A DNA stretch of 64,000 nucleotides, from contig CM120645.1 in the NCBI GenBank assembly GCA_051362555.1, positions 11,470,001 to 11,534,000 on the forward strand, given 5' to 3'. Position numbers and translations under genes: made by a program. Source of the DNA: Lingula anatina. Lineage: Eukaryota > Animalia > Brachiopoda. The first letter of the stretch is position 1, and every line of letters starts with the position of its first letter. This document shows positions 1 to 14,024 of this stretch, in pieces. The notes under the pieces are model-generated. The model was given only the letters and a program-made list of their open reading frames with translations, had not been told where the DNA came from and did no database searches.

Positions 1-169
1 AATAATATTTCAATAGTCGTTTCTTAGTGTATTAGTTAAATTTCGATAGGGATAATTTTGAACAACATTTCTCTGTGCTACAAATTCTAGTCTTTTGAAA
101 GATCTAACTCAGTGTACTGACCAACGTGTTATCAAGTGCATGAATATGTCTTTTTTCGATCTTATTTAG

Positions 170-3100
170 CTTAAGCGATCAGAAGCAAAACCCAGGTTTG
201 GTGGTCAATGCCATGAAGCTACTGGACAACCGGCACACAGCCACTGGGGAGAAATACATGGACTTTCAAAAATGGAACTCCCAGGATTCTCTTGACCACG
301 TGAGTGACACATCCTCAGAAAGCGGAGCCACGCCCACCGATGACGACGTGAGTATATATCACCGGCAGCATTCACACTAATATTTTAATACGGCGAATAC
401 ATATCGCTTTATTTGACGTCGTAGTCTATTTAGTAATAATGCTTTCAATTCAAAGTTACATAAAGTAATAGCTCTTTTAATTCGAAATTTCGCGATTTTA
501 GTGAAAGTTGAGAGATGAGTTTGATGGCTTAGGCCTACATCTGCTAAAAAGACGTTCGAAAATATCCTCAGTGCGATTAGAAGACAATTGTTGCAATATA
601 TCCTTCGTATGCCTGGATTCATGCGAATTTCGACTTGAAATGCTACGTGATAGTTAAATGTATTTTTACTTTCTTGTGTTATCCATATATTTATTATGTT
701 TTTACAGATACTTTAATATAGATCTATAATTTACATTTTAAATATTAAACGAATCACTATCATATCATAAATATAGATTGAACGATTACAAACTGTGGAC
801 CTAGCTTTTAGTATAGGATGCAGGCGAACCTTCCTTTCACAAGAGTAGAATGGGTCAGCTGTGCAGGTTGTGACCTAGTTGTGTTTGATGTCATGCATCT
901 TATGTACATTATTGCAGTAGTTGTGATGAATGTGTTCTCACCACGGCACTGTTATAAGAAGAAACCAATCTCTTTAGGGCGTATTTCCAGAGCTTTTAGA
1001 TCGATCTATCCCCGCGGGGAGTCTCATTAGAGTACTGTCAGATAATCTGGCTTAAATGTCCGTCCCGCCCATACAAGCTGTAAGGGGGTAATTAACTTTC
1101 GTGCCTGCTCGGCTGACAGCTATTTAGCGTGAACCCCCAGGGAGTTAGGTCGATCTAAATTAGATCGATCTAATCTCTGGGAATGGGGTCTAAACGGGTT
1201 ACTGATCTTGCTGTTACGAGTACATTGTTATATTTTATTTCAAAAGATGCATGTATGCACAGGAAAGTAAAGCTAACCTCCTGACATTTATTCTGCCAAT
1301 CTGATAAACTTATTACTTGACAGGGCTAGAAGGCAGCACTTTATTTTCCTGTATTAAAAAAAAAAAAAAAAAAACTACATGCAGGTTAAATATACCAAGG
1401 AAGGAGATTGGGTTCATCACACGACCTTGCTCTTTGTTTCAGCAAACGCCGGGGTTTGACTATAGACGATATCTTGTCTCGTTATACGAAGACGCCGAGT
1501 TGAACCAACACTGTATTGAGGAGAAAGTGGAGAAAATGAGGCTAGAACGAGACCAGGTGGTGGGCGGGACCACAGGTGTCAAACAGGTAAATTAAAGGTA
1601 TACTGAATGGATTTGAACTTTTCCAAAGTCAAATTTTCTATGGGTACATATCCTGTAAAGCTACTATTCTTTCCTAATTCAGACCTAAAAAAAAACAAAC
1701 TATTAAGCCCCTCTAATTCAAGTATTTGAATTCGATGTACGGAAGACATGGCGCCCATACATTTGGAACTTATTTTTTAAATTAAAAATGGAATAAAACA
1801 TAGACGGGTCGGGCAATGACCCATGAGTAGGAGAAATTTTTTTCCGAAAAAAAAAACATATTGGTGCGTAAATCTCGTATAGAGTACCTTTAATTAAAGT
1901 AAAACAAACGATGGTGGATTTATACTTGTGTTGAAAAAAGGAGTGAATGTTTTTTTCTGTCTCGCTTAGCCAATACCTACAGTAACGCCAAAATATCACT
2001 TCACAGGGCTTCTTTTTTCTTTTTTTTTTTTTTTTACAGATAGGTAGGACAACTTTGATAATAAGTAAGGTCGCAGTAACTGTATTCACATTGTCATCAC
2101 ATTGAAAGGCTGCAGTAAAATTGGTTTGACTTTTAGGATTTTTTCCTTAATTTGAAACATGCAGTTATCAGAATATTTCCATGTTTTTGCCGTACGCGTT
2201 TCATATTTCAGAACAACTGAAATGGTATAACACACGTGAGTTCTTTTAGTGCTCTACTTTTCTGGTTCCACGATTTTACAGGACAAAGCAGTAGCGGATA
2301 AAAAGGGTGAAAACGCGCAGCACAGTACTAATGACGACAAGGGACAAATCAAAAAAGAAACTCACGACAAAATCGAAGAAAAAGACAAAGATAAAAAGAC
2401 GGAAAACAAAACCGATGAAAACCTCCCCAAAGCACAATTGCGACAGAAAAAGAAGAAAAAGAAAAAGCACGAATCCGCGGTAAAGATGACTGAAAAAGAA
2501 ATCATTAAGAAACTGAGTGAGTGGGTTTTAATTCACTAAAACCGTATAGGTTGGTTTGAACCTTTGATAGAGAGAAACTGTTCAGGGGCGGGTCTAGGAT
2601 TATTTGAAGGGGGGGGAGGAGGTCCGCGGATGTGAACCCGACCCTCACCCATTCTTGGTGTGTGGTTCAGGGCCTGCTGAAGGACCCCGAATTTTTTTAG
2701 TATTTTAGAGGTCAAACGGTGCCATGTTGGTACGGCTTAGAACTATGATTCAGCTAGTCAAAATTCTAATTTCAAGAAGGGACCATTGGTGTGGTTATTT
2801 TTTTAGAAATGGAATGGGATCAGGATCCCCTGACCCCCCCCTTCCAATTCCGCCACTGGTGTCCTTTAGACAATAGCTTCATATACCTCAAGTCGAATGT
2901 ACTTAAAGTGTAAATAGATGACAATTTTTGATTTTATTTTTCTGCTTATGTAAGTCTTGATATCAGTCGAATTCACGGATAATATAGACGTTGGAAAGGG
3001 GTTACAGTCTGATGAGTAATGCTAGCACGAGACAATTTTTTTACGCCTATATAATGATGTCAGATATATTTTTTCTCTATTACAGATGAACTTGCAAATA

Positions 3101-3642
3101 TGACGGACGATCCACTGATGCGTTATAATTTGGGAAAGAAACTTGGAGAAGGGTAAGCTTGTTAATAATTTTCTCCTTACAAAACGGAAAATAAAGAAGA
3201 AAATGTTTGAATTTTATTCACAATAAAAAAAAGAAAAAACCAAACCGTTTTGAAGATGATGTTCCATTAAAAGTATAAGTGCCCCCCCCCCCCCCCAAAA
3301 AAAAAAAATGTTAAGGTCTCGTGTATATCTGGAGGATTTTCCAATTTTTCGTACGTATTACCACGACAAATGATATGGTTAGAATCAAATGTTTATTTCC
3401 AGAGCATCAGGAACTGTTTGCCTAGCTACAGACATTACCACGGGGGGCACTGTGGCAATCAAGATGATGGATTTGGAGAAACAGACCAAGAAGGAAATGA
3501 TCATATCGGAAATTCTGGTAACTGATATACTTTAAGCCAGTATTCTGGCTAAGGAATTGGAGGTTAGGCAGGTGCTCTACTTGTTACGTCCTAAGTTTAT
3601 CGTCAGATCAGTGAATCGGGGTTCATTTGGTGCGTCCGTGCA

Positions 3643-3674
<32 letters not shown>

Positions 3675-4875
3675 CTTGCGTGCGCTCTTGCTGTTCTTCT
3701 CTTTTGTCTTAGTGTCTTCTATCTAATACCAGATTTTCGTAAATGTATTATTTTTGGGTTTCAGGTGATGAAAGAACAACATCACCCACACATCGTTAAC
3801 TTTCTAGACTGCTATTTGGTGGAGAAAGAGTTTTGGGTTGTCATGGAAGTCCTGGAAGGTGGCGCCCTCACCGATGTTGTCTACGAGACGGTCATGACGG
3901 AGGGACAAATGGCGGCTGTTACAAAAGCCTGCATCAACGCCCTGGCGTTCTTACATTCCAAAAACATTATACACAGAGATATCAAAAGTGATAACGTATT
4001 ACTGGGACAAGATGGAGAGGTGAAACTTACGGATTTCGGGTTTTGTGCGCAAATTACTCCGGAGAGAATGAAAAGAAACACGCTCGTGGGAACTCCCTAT
4101 TGGATGGCTCCAGAGGTGGTAGCAAGGTAAGTGAGTTCTTTACTTTTAAATTTCGAAGTTTGTTCTATCAGATGATTTTGCTCGTATTTTTTTGTAAATG
4201 TCTTAGTCTTCGTAAGCGTGCAACTTTGTAATTTTTATAGTTAACACTTGAATTGAATTTTTCTTGCTTTCAATTTTTTTAATCATCAAATCTTTATTAA
4301 TTGTAATATATAGTTCTTAAATTACAAGGCGCATTGAGATTTTAAATGAAATGCACCATATAAAAATTTGTTGTTATTATTATTATTATTATTATAAGGC
4401 CTATTATTATTATCACCCGTGATAGGACATATCTTTTAATGTAAGCGCAGCTGGAACTAACAAAATCCAATTATTATTTATCTTTTTGGACGAATGATCT
4501 ATTAGCAACCTAATATATGCAATTTCATCACTAAATTATGTCCCCAGGAATCATTACGGCAAGAAGATTGACATATGGTCTCTGGGCATCATGCTGATAG
4601 AAATGATTGAAGGGGAGCCGCCATATTTGACTGAAGCCCCCTTGAGAGCCCTATATTTGATCGCAACCAATGGAAAACCAGAAATCAAGTCGGCAAACAG
4701 GCTGTCTCCAGAGGCGAGAGATTTCCTGGACAGGTGTTTGGAGGTGGATGTCGAAAAGCGAGCCTCCGCTGCACAGCTTCTAGACCATCCATTTTTGGCC
4801 AAGGCCAAGCCGCTCACGTCGCTGAAACCTTTAATTGAAAAGGCGAAAGTGTGTGCAGCTAACAGGAGCAGTTAG
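170..4875 (+). CDS. PAK: p21-activated kinase (group I PAK/STE20 family), 5' exons outside the window
   Basis: Exons ~170-347, 1443-1586, 2282-2516, 3086-3152, 3403-3517, 3765-4126, 4548-4875 join in frame at GT-AG sites. Autoinhibitory-segment-like [19 protein letters not shown]...KYMDF; kinase motifs [23 protein letters not shown], and the STE20 signature GTPYWMAPE. The first exon has an alternative GTGAGT donor at 300. Confidence 0.93.
976..1191. mobile_element. MITE-like element with imperfect terminal inverted repeats
   Basis: Left end agggcgtatttccagagcttttagatcgatcta pairs with right end tagatcgatctaatctctgggaatggggtct. The same terminus recurs at 36521-36573. Confidence 0.55.
2584..2858. 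mobile_element. short non-autonomous DNA element (CAGGGGCGG...CCGCCACTG termini)
   Basis: Short inverted termini and G/C runs. A truncated copy of the same left end is at ~43557-43636 (caggggcggatccaggattattcgaagggggg). Confidence 0.55.
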
Positions 4876-5746
4876 AGAGAGATGAATTTTTTTTAGTTTG
4901 TTAAACGGAAAGCCAAACTAGTGACGTTTTCTGAAAACATTTATAGAAAGACCTCCGACCGGTATTTGCCACGGCAAAAGCGAACACTTGTAAAATTGGT
5001 GGCAAGAACCAGGCCACTCTCATGGCGAGATATCAACTGTGGGCTGTGCAGTCAAAATCGGCGAAAAATTGTCCATGAAGTTGATAAACAGAGATGGAAT
5101 GAAAGGATTAAATCTGCCTTGATCATTTGACTTTGTTTAATAGTGGATTCCATAACACCAATTCTAAAAGGATTATTTGGTATTCTTACACCGCATAAAT
5201 GCTGCGATCAGCCTGTCTTTGCATCATCACCGATTTAACATCAAGATCCCCTGTAGACAGTCTCTCTAATGATGTAGTATATACCTTGGACAAATCCATT
5301 ATAGTACCTATGTTGGACCAAGCATATGCAAATATATCAGGAAAAATTAATTGAGGCCTGTTGTTAATAAAGTACTTAGTAACTCTCCCACAAACTACAC
5401 CCATTTTTACTAATATATTTGTTTTGTATATTAAATGTGCAATGCGTCTGGGAAATGAACAGTCAAAAATCAGGTTAACGTGACATTGGAATATTCCACT
5501 TCCTAGATCAGACACTACATTTTTCTCACCCATGCCAATGATTTGCATCCATAAACTTAGTTAAATTACTCGTATCTATTATTAAAATCTGCAACTGAAT
5601 CAGTAAAATAACATATATGCCTAAATTTTACTGCACTTAAAAGTTTCACAATTTTAAATGTTGAATCAATAAGTCATTAATATACCATTTATGGTATTGC
5701 ATGGCGATTTATGGAATAAATCTCGGACTGATGTTCATTACTCATA

Positions 5747-8120
5747 TTAGTTTTCACATTTAACTGGCCCCAAGGTGAAGTAGGCTTGTTCACTGGCGTC
5801 TCCCGTATCGCCAAATCTCAGCTCTGTCACCGGAAGTTTAGTGACGTCAGTGATGTAGCCTTCGTCTTGACGCCAAGTATTGTCGTTCATGTTGCAGTTA
5901 CACTTAAGTCCTTAGAAATATAAAATCAAAACCTTAGCATGTTTCCAGAACAGTTGAGGTCATTTGAATGGTAAATACGCATTCATGAATGAAACGGTTA
6001 GAATTATGAATGACATGTATTATAAAGAAATGTAGCTTGGTGCCGCATATCTGACGTCAGACAGAAGACGTGTTCAATGCTTCCTGTGGCTCAAGTCAAA
6101 TTCTTAATAAATAATATTCCGTGCTAACTCACCACCAGCGCATGAATTGGTTCTTTTACAAGCACATCCTCCCAGGTTTGGATCCCCTCCAGGCCAATAC
6201 GTCATCTTTTCGCCGTCACGTGACACCCACCATGAATAGCGGATACCAGTACTGGCATCGTTAATGAGAGCTCCGTGACATTCGTACTTCAAATGCTGTT
6301 TACAGTTAGTCGAGTTGGCCATCAGGGCTGTAAGCTGCCTCATTGTGACGTCATACAGAACACGAACTGCATGATGGAAAAATGAATGGATTTGACGTAT
6401 TGAATCAGTTAAATTGAATTTGTGGAACTAATAAAACTTTTTTCAGGCGTTTTACATTTTTTATGGTCGTTTCTGTGAAAAAGATGTCACGCAATAATTT
6501 AAATGATAATTGACTTACAAAGACTTCAAAAACAGTTGTAAAAGAGACTCGAATGAATTCAGGTTGATGTAAAAACTTTCCTGTAGAAAAAAAAAACTTA
6601 CAAATATGGGATCCATCTTTTTCGTAACCATCCGTCTTAGTTCGGAGCCCTTGGTCGTGGCCGATGGACGCCGTGGGGGGTGATGACGTCATGGTGCACC
6701 ACACATAGAAAGCTGGAACGCCGCCTTTACCGTCCACGTCCAGTAAATAGTGGCCGTCCTGGTCGTGACCATTTCTCTTCCACTCGGAGCAGCTAGAATA
6801 AACTGATAATGCAACATGGGATGAAACAGGTGTTGAGAACCATTACACAATTGCCATGCTGATTTCCATGATCCGTTTGTTTTCCCGCCGTAATAATAAC
6901 TCACTTAGTTTATCGAATCACATGCAACAATAGAAGGCCCTACCTTTAGAAGAGGCATCTACTTTTGACAACAGCTGCGCTCTTTCGTTTTCAATTCTAG
7001 TCACCCATAGAAGAAAATTCCCTTGCTCTTTCTCCAGGGTCTGAAGTCTTGTTAACATGGACACCAATTCAGCTCTTGTGGCATTGTTAGCAGAAACAAC
7101 GGTTTGTAGAAGAGGCTGCAACTCCTGACGGGTCACTGCATCTAAACTGTTCAATGCCGACTGCAACTGCTGGATTACCATGGTGACGTTGTCGTATTTT
7201 ATACTAACCGCCTGGAGAGATATCATAGAACACGGTTTTAACGAGGGATTAAAATGTGAAGACTAGGCTTTTCTTATCGCCGAACTCTGACTGGGTATCG
7301 ATGAGCAAGAATCCCTTTTTCTATGTTACCCTTTATAAAATTTACATACAGTGTATAAACATCAGATTATAAACATACAGTCCGTAGGCAGTATTCCTCA
7401 ATCTAGATCACAGAGTTTCTTAGGTGAAATATGTAGTTTATTCCTAAAAATTGGGAATTTACATCATTTTTGCTACTCTCTACCACTTTTTATCTGCAAC
7501 AACATGGTTTGAGTGTCTTTTGTTCGCAATAGAACAGAAAGAAATCAAAAAGAAATCACCTATGTGATTAAAATGGGAATTTGAGTATGTAGAACACAGA
7601 AATACACGGAATAGTACAATACTTATTTTTGATAGTTCTCTATATTTGTTAACAAACATACAACCAACCATTTTGTAGGCAGACTTAAACTAATTCGGAA
7701 AATACGCTTTCTGACGGTATTCAAAAACCTAGATCTATATAAAAGATTATAGGAAAGATTGGTATGTAAGTTTTTTTAGAAAATATACGTATCCATTTTT
7801 GGTGGCGAGTACCGTTTTTTGCGCACTCGATAGCAATACAAAAGAATGAAAACAATAACAACCTGTGTGAGCAGACTCTGTTCAAGAAGCTTATTTTGAA
7901 GTTCCACCAACTTCCCCAGAGCTGTGTCTCCATCTTTGCCCGTGGTGTCACACGTTCCGCGGTGGCCGAGATTAACGTTGTAAACGCATTGACCGTCTTC
8001 AAAAGAGCATCCTGCTACGGGCTTTATTTGTGGAGAATCTGTACCTGCCTTAGCAGCAATGGTTTCAGAACCAACCGACAAAAAGATAAGCAAACGAACG
8101 GTAACTTTGAGTCGGAACAT
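5747..8120 (-). CDS. secreted coiled-coil protein with CASPR/neurexin IV-type fibrinogen-like domain, copy 1 (~374 aa)
   Basis: Exons 8120-7863, 7211-6944, 6802-6602, 6366-6133, 5910-5747 join in frame (1125 nt). Hydrophobic signal peptide, GQCVYNVNLGHRGTC, heptad-rich exon 2, then YSSCSEWK..GHYLLDVDG..FYVWCTM..IGHD..CKQHLKYEC..WWVSRDG..YWPGG..CAC..CNCNMND..WRQDEGYIT..LPVTELRFGDTG..FTLGPVKC, which is the motif order of the CASPR fibrinogen-like domain. Confidence 0.85.
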
Positions 8121-8892
8121 CGTCACTGCTTTGTCAGTGATCGCGTATGAAACTCGATCTTAAATGATGTGGACTGGTTTGTTTTACCACGACTGGTTAG
8201 GGTTAAGCCTAGATTATTGATCATCCAGCGTCAAGCAATATCAGATAAACCTGTTTAATACGATTTACCAAATCACCTCGACACGCTTCCCTAATATGAC
8301 GTTTTAGTCGGGAGTTATTCTTAGCTGCCGAATATCACTCAGGATGAAGATGCATGATAATCAATGCCTAATACTTGCACTCCCCGTGCAGATTCTTTTT
8401 TAACCAAAGACTTGAAAATCTCACAGTTACTACAAGTGGATATTCAACTAGAGGGCAAACTTGCGTCGCAAAATATATGTAATACGTATTTTTTATCTAC
8501 AATGTAGTCTTGTTGACGACGTTATGTTTCCCTCTCGAAGATAACCATCAGTCTTTTAAGAATACAGGTAAACTATTCTTCCTGACCTTCCTTATCAATC
8601 TTCTTCCCTTTCGTGGATGGTAACGTTTTCCAAAGAGAAATAATGGTCACAAAATTGTATACATAGCATTAAATTAAAAAAATTATGTGAAGTACGACTT
8701 GAAGACTAACATACACAGTTTTGAAAATCAATAACTGCCGTGACAAAAAAAAAAAAAAAAAATGAAAGGAAAGTCCGATCATATATATATATATATATAT
8801 ATATAAGCTACGACGCTTCCGTGATATGCAAGAACACCTAGAGCGTCAGCTGCAGATCTTCAAAGCATGTATTGCGAAAGAGTGGCAGTATA

Positions 8893-8984
8893 ATATACCT
8901 GATATTATACTATATTACCTGTGTATTACCTGATATTATACTATATTACCTGTGTATTACCTGATATTATACTATATTACCTGA
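8893..8984. repeat. ~31 bp tandem repeat, about 3 copies
   Basis: tattacctgatattatactatattacctgtg repeated. Confidence 0.8.
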
Positions 8985-9982
8985 CATACATACCGAGAAA
9001 GTATGTGCATTTCATCGAAAAAACGCCCCTGAACCTTAATTAAGCATATATCACAACGATCACAAAACATCTTTAAGCATGTATTTGATTGGAGGTTACT
9101 GTTACTGATTGTGCCAGTTGTACAAGTTGTCCAACCGCAGTTGGCGGAAGCAAGTATATATAATTATGCATCATAAACTATAGGTTGACCGGTAGAATTG
9201 CGCATTGTGGTAAAAATCAAGCCACTCTCATGACGACTTAAAACCAGAAATGGTGAATGAAGTTGAATAACCGAGTATGAAATGAAGGTTAGAACTGAAT
9301 CTAGTTCTAAAGTATCTTTTATCATTTGATTTTGTTTAACAGTGGGTTCTTTAACGCCAATTCTTAAAGGGCTATTTGTAATTCTGCGACTTCAGTTTAT
9401 TCTTACATAAATGCTGCGATTAATCCGTCTCTTCATAATGACCGATTTAACATCCAGTACACCCTTGGCCAAAGTGTCTAATGATGTGGCATGTAGGCCT
9501 ACCATGGACAAATCGTACATATTTTGGACCAAGCATAAACAATTGAATTAGTTAATAGTTACTTCAGTCATGCTCATGACTAATGAGGTACTTTGCAACT
9601 ATCCAGCAAACTACAGCCAATGTTACTAATGCGAATGTTTTGTATATTATTAAAGGTGCGATGTGATCGAGTGGGAAATAAACAGTGTACGTCAACACAG
9701 GTCTTTGTAACACTGGGATACTCCACAACTTCCTAGATCAGACAATACACTTTTCTCGTGCAATCATTTGCATCAATAGACGAAATTGTAATACTTGTAT
9801 CTATTATCGAAATCTGTAACTGAATCAGTAAAATGTCATATCCGTAAATAACACTGCACGTAGAAGGTTCACAATTTCAAATGATTTAAAATTTTCAATC
9901 AATAAGTCAGTACTGTATCATTAATGGTGTCGCTATGCGATTGATGAAATACATTTCAAACTAATTAACGTTCATTACTTTA

Positions 9983-11332
9983 TTAGTTTTCACATTCAAC
10001 TGGACCCAAGGTAAAGTAGCCTTGTTCACCGGCTCCTCCCGTATCGCCAAATCTCAGCTCTGCCACCGGAAGTTTAGTGACGTCAGTGATGTAGCCCTCG
10101 TCTTGACGCCAAGCATTGTCGTTCATGTCGCAGTTGCACTTAAGTCCTTAGAAATATAAAATCAAAACTTTAACATGTTTCCAGAACAATTGAGAGCAGA
10201 ATGAATGGTTAGAATTATGAATGGCATGTATTATAATGAAATGTAGCTTGGTGCCGAATATCTGACGTCACAAAGAAGACAAAATGCTTCCAGTGGCTTA
10301 CGTCCAATTCTTAATAAATAATTATATCGGGGTAACTCACCACCAGCGCATGTATTGGTTCTTTTACAAGCGCATCCTCCCAGTTTTGGATCCCCTCCAG
10401 ACCAGTACGTCATTTTTTCGCCGTCACGTGACACCCACCATGTATAGGGGACACCAGTACTGGCAATGTTAATGAGAGCTCCATAACATTCGTACTTCAA
10501 ATACTGTTTACAGTTAGTCGAGTTGGCCATCAGGGCTGTAAGCTGCCTCATTGTGACGTCATACAAAACATGAACTGTATTAACGGAAATGAATGGATCT
10601 GACGTATTAAATCAATTAAGTATTGCCAAATTAAATTTGTGGACCAAATTAACCTTTCTGTTCAAGCGTTTTACATATTTAATGGTCGTATGGTGAAAAA
10701 GATGGCACGCGATAATCAAAAAGATAATTGATTGACAAAGACTATATAAACAGATGAAAAAGAAACTCGAACGAGTAATTTTGAAATTCAGGCTGATGGA
10801 AAAAATTTACTATGGAAAAAATACTTACAAATGTGTGATCCTGCTTCTTCGTGACCGTCCGTCTTAGTTCGGAGCCCTTGGTCGTGGCCGATGGACGCCG
10901 TGGGGGGTGATGACGTCATGTTACACCACACGTAGAAAGCTGAAACGCCGCCTTTACCGTCCACGTCCAGTAAATAGTGGCCGTCCTTGTCGTGACCATT
11001 TCTCTTCCACTCGGAGCAGCTAGAATATACTGATAATGCAACATCGGGTGAAGCAATGTTCGAGAACCATTACATTATTGCCATGTTGATGTGCATGATC
11101 TGGATGTTTTCCCGCTATAAATATTGCATTTTATTTTTATATTTTGAATCAACCCGTGTTTATGTAATCTAGCACTCCGCCAACATTTTACTCTATGGGT
11201 GTTTTTGACCGACGTATTGTGAGGATCCTTTCTTACAACCACCCGGCAAAAAATTAAAATGACCCTTTTAAAATTATCCCCATAGCTCGTCTTTGGATAA
11301 GCCGATAATTAAAACTGCTACGACGATTAACA

Positions 11333-11369
<37 letters not shown>

Positions 11370-13231
11370 GTCTCAATTCCTTTGAAACTATTGGTCTACG
11401 TAGATTGCTGCAACTCCGCGGGGACTCTCGTTGAATGCAATCAGTTTATCAAATAAGCACGTCTCCTCTTGTTTCCAAAGTATTCATAGAATCACCAGCT
11501 TTTCTATGTTCTACTTTACGCCAGGAGGGGGCGTGCATATCTCTAAAGCTGATTGGATCCATTTACGCAAACTGATATTCTAAATGGGCATTAAACTCTG
11601 CACACTGAGAAGAATGAAACGGTCCGAAGTTGCAACTTGTAAGTTCAACACAGGTCCGCCTCTAGAAAGCAAAGCTTCCTTATATATGGATCTGATTGGT
11701 AACTAGTCTTGAAACAAATTAGAACTTCTAAGTCAGAGATATATTATCTGAAGGTACTTATACATGCTGAATTCCAATGTGTGAACATTTTCATTTGTGT
11801 ACTGGGACAAGGACCACCTGATTCCAACTTTCAATGATCGAATTAATAATATCTAGATTCTAAAATATTATAGTAAATTTATTTTTCATACATTGAGCCC
11901 TCACTGTATGTACAGTATAAAGAGAGGTTTGGTTCTGATTTCCTTAACTATTTACAGACAAGCACAATTATCGAACTTACAGAAACTCACTTAGTTTATC
12001 GTATCACATGCAACAATATAAGACCCTACCTTTAGAAGAGGCATCAACTTTCGACAGTAACTGCGCTCTTTCGTTTTCAATTCTACTGAGCCAAAGCAAA
12101 ACATTCCCTTGCTCTTTCTCCAGGGTATGAAGTCTCGTTAACATGGACGCCAGTTCCGCTCTTGTGGCATTGTTAGCAGAAACAACGGTTTGTAGAAGAG
12201 GCTGCAACTCCTGACGGGTCACTGCATCTAAACTGTTCAATGCCGACTGCAACTGTTGGATTTTCCTGGTGACGTTGTCGTATTTCATACTAACCGCCTG
12301 TTGAGATACCACAGAACACGGTTTCAACGAGGGATTAAAAGAAGACTAGGCTATTTTTATCGCCGAACTAACTAACAGCATGCAGTTGGACTAGGTGTCG
12401 ATAAGACAGTTTCCTTTTTTTGTATCTTACCCTTTATAAAAATTAGCAGACAGTGTACAAACATACAGTCCGTTGGCATACTTTGAAATTCGGATATATG
12501 TTTTCCCGTGGTATTTTTAAATCTAGATCACAGAGTTCCTTAGATGAAATATGTTATATATTCCTTAAAATGGCGCATTTACGTCATTTGCTACTCTTTA
12601 CCACCTGTTATCTGCAACAATATTGGCTGAGTGCCTATTGTTCGCAATAAAACAGAAAGAAAAGAAACCATCTATGTTCTTGAAATCGAAATTTGAGACT
12701 GTAGGACATTGAAATACATTGAAATAGTACAAAATTTATTTTTTTTTATTATTCTCTACATCTATTAACAAACATACAACCAAACAATTTGTAGGCAGAC
12801 TTAAACTAATTCGGAAAATACGCTTTCTCAAGGTATTCATAAACTTAGATATAAACGATTCTAAGATTCTAATTTTTTATAAATTATACTTGTCCAACTT
12901 TTTGCAGGCCGAGTACCTTTTTTGCACACTCGATAGCAATACAAAAGAAAGATAAAGGAATTACTTGTGTGAGCAGACTCTGTTCAAGAAGCTTATTTTG
13001 AAGTTCCACCAACTTCACTAGGGCTGTGTCTCCATCTTTGCCCGTGGTATCACACGTTCCGCGGTGGCCGAGGTTGACGTTGTAAACGCATTGACCGTCT
13101 TCAAAAGAGCACCCTTCTACGGGCTTAACTTGTGGAGAATCTGCGCCTGCCTTAGCGGCAACACTTTCAGAACCAACCGACAAAAAACAGTACAAGATTA
13201 GCAAACTAACGGTCACTTTAAGTCGGAACAT
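9983..13231 (-). CDS. secreted coiled-coil + CASPR-type fibrinogen-like protein, copy 2
   Basis: Exons 13231-12965, 12297-12030, 11029-10829, 10574-10341, 10146-9983. Same intron phases as copy 1; ends FTLGPVECEN*. Intron 2 is ~0.85 kb longer than in copy 1. Confidence 0.85.
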
Positions 13232-13653
13232 CGTCACTGCTTGGTCGGTGATCGCGTATGAGACTCGATCTTCTGTGGTGTGGACTAAAAAGGATCGTTT
13301 GGTTTCCCACGACTGGTAAGCGATAACCTTAGATCATTGATCATCCAGCGGCAAGCAATATCAGATAACAGTGTTTCATACGATTTTCCAAATCACCACG
13401 ATACGTTTCACTAATATGACGTTTTAATAGGGAGTTATTCTTATCTGTTTTGTTTATCTACAATGTAGTCTTGTTGACGACGTTATGCCTCCATCTAGAA
13501 GATAACCATCAATCTTTTGGGTGAACTATTCTTCCTGACCTTTCTAATCAATCTTCTTCCCTTTCCTGGAAGGTAATGTTTCCGAAGAAAGATAAGGGTC
13601 ACAAAATTGTATATTAAGCAATAAATTTGAAAATCAATAACTGTCGATCGTGA

Positions 13654-13689
<36 letters not shown>

Positions 13690-13710
13690 CTCTCTAATGA
13701 TATAGCGTGT

Positions 13711-14024
13711 ACCATGGACAAATCGTACACATGTTGGACCAAGCATGAAACAGTTGAATTAAGCATTCGATGTACAGGGTGGCTATCTTCTTAACCAGCC
13801 AAGATATACCAACATGTTGCATATCAATCTTTGTCCGTGGTATCACACGTTCCGCGGTGGCCGAGGTTGACTTGGTACACACATTGACCGTCTTTAAAGG
13901 AGCATCCTGCTACGGGCTTTCCTTGGAGAGAATCTACATCTGCTTTTGCGGTAACATTTACAGACCCAACCGACAAAAAGCAATGCAAGTTTAGCAAACA
14001 AACGATAAATTTTAGCTGGAACAT
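13711..14024 (-). pseudogene. collapsed copy of the secreted-protein gene (exon 1 fragment near 3' flank sequence)
   Basis: MFQLKFIV...GQCVYQVNLGHRGTCDTTDKD* stops at 13824. 13711-13762 matches the downstream flank of copy 2 (~9501-9550). Exons 2-5 are absent. Confidence 0.8.

Noticed and set aside
5186-5548. 120 aa minus-strand ORF between PAK and secreted copy 1
   Set aside because: No recognisable motif, and the duplicated counterpart (~9400-9775) has indels and no equivalent ORF in the track.
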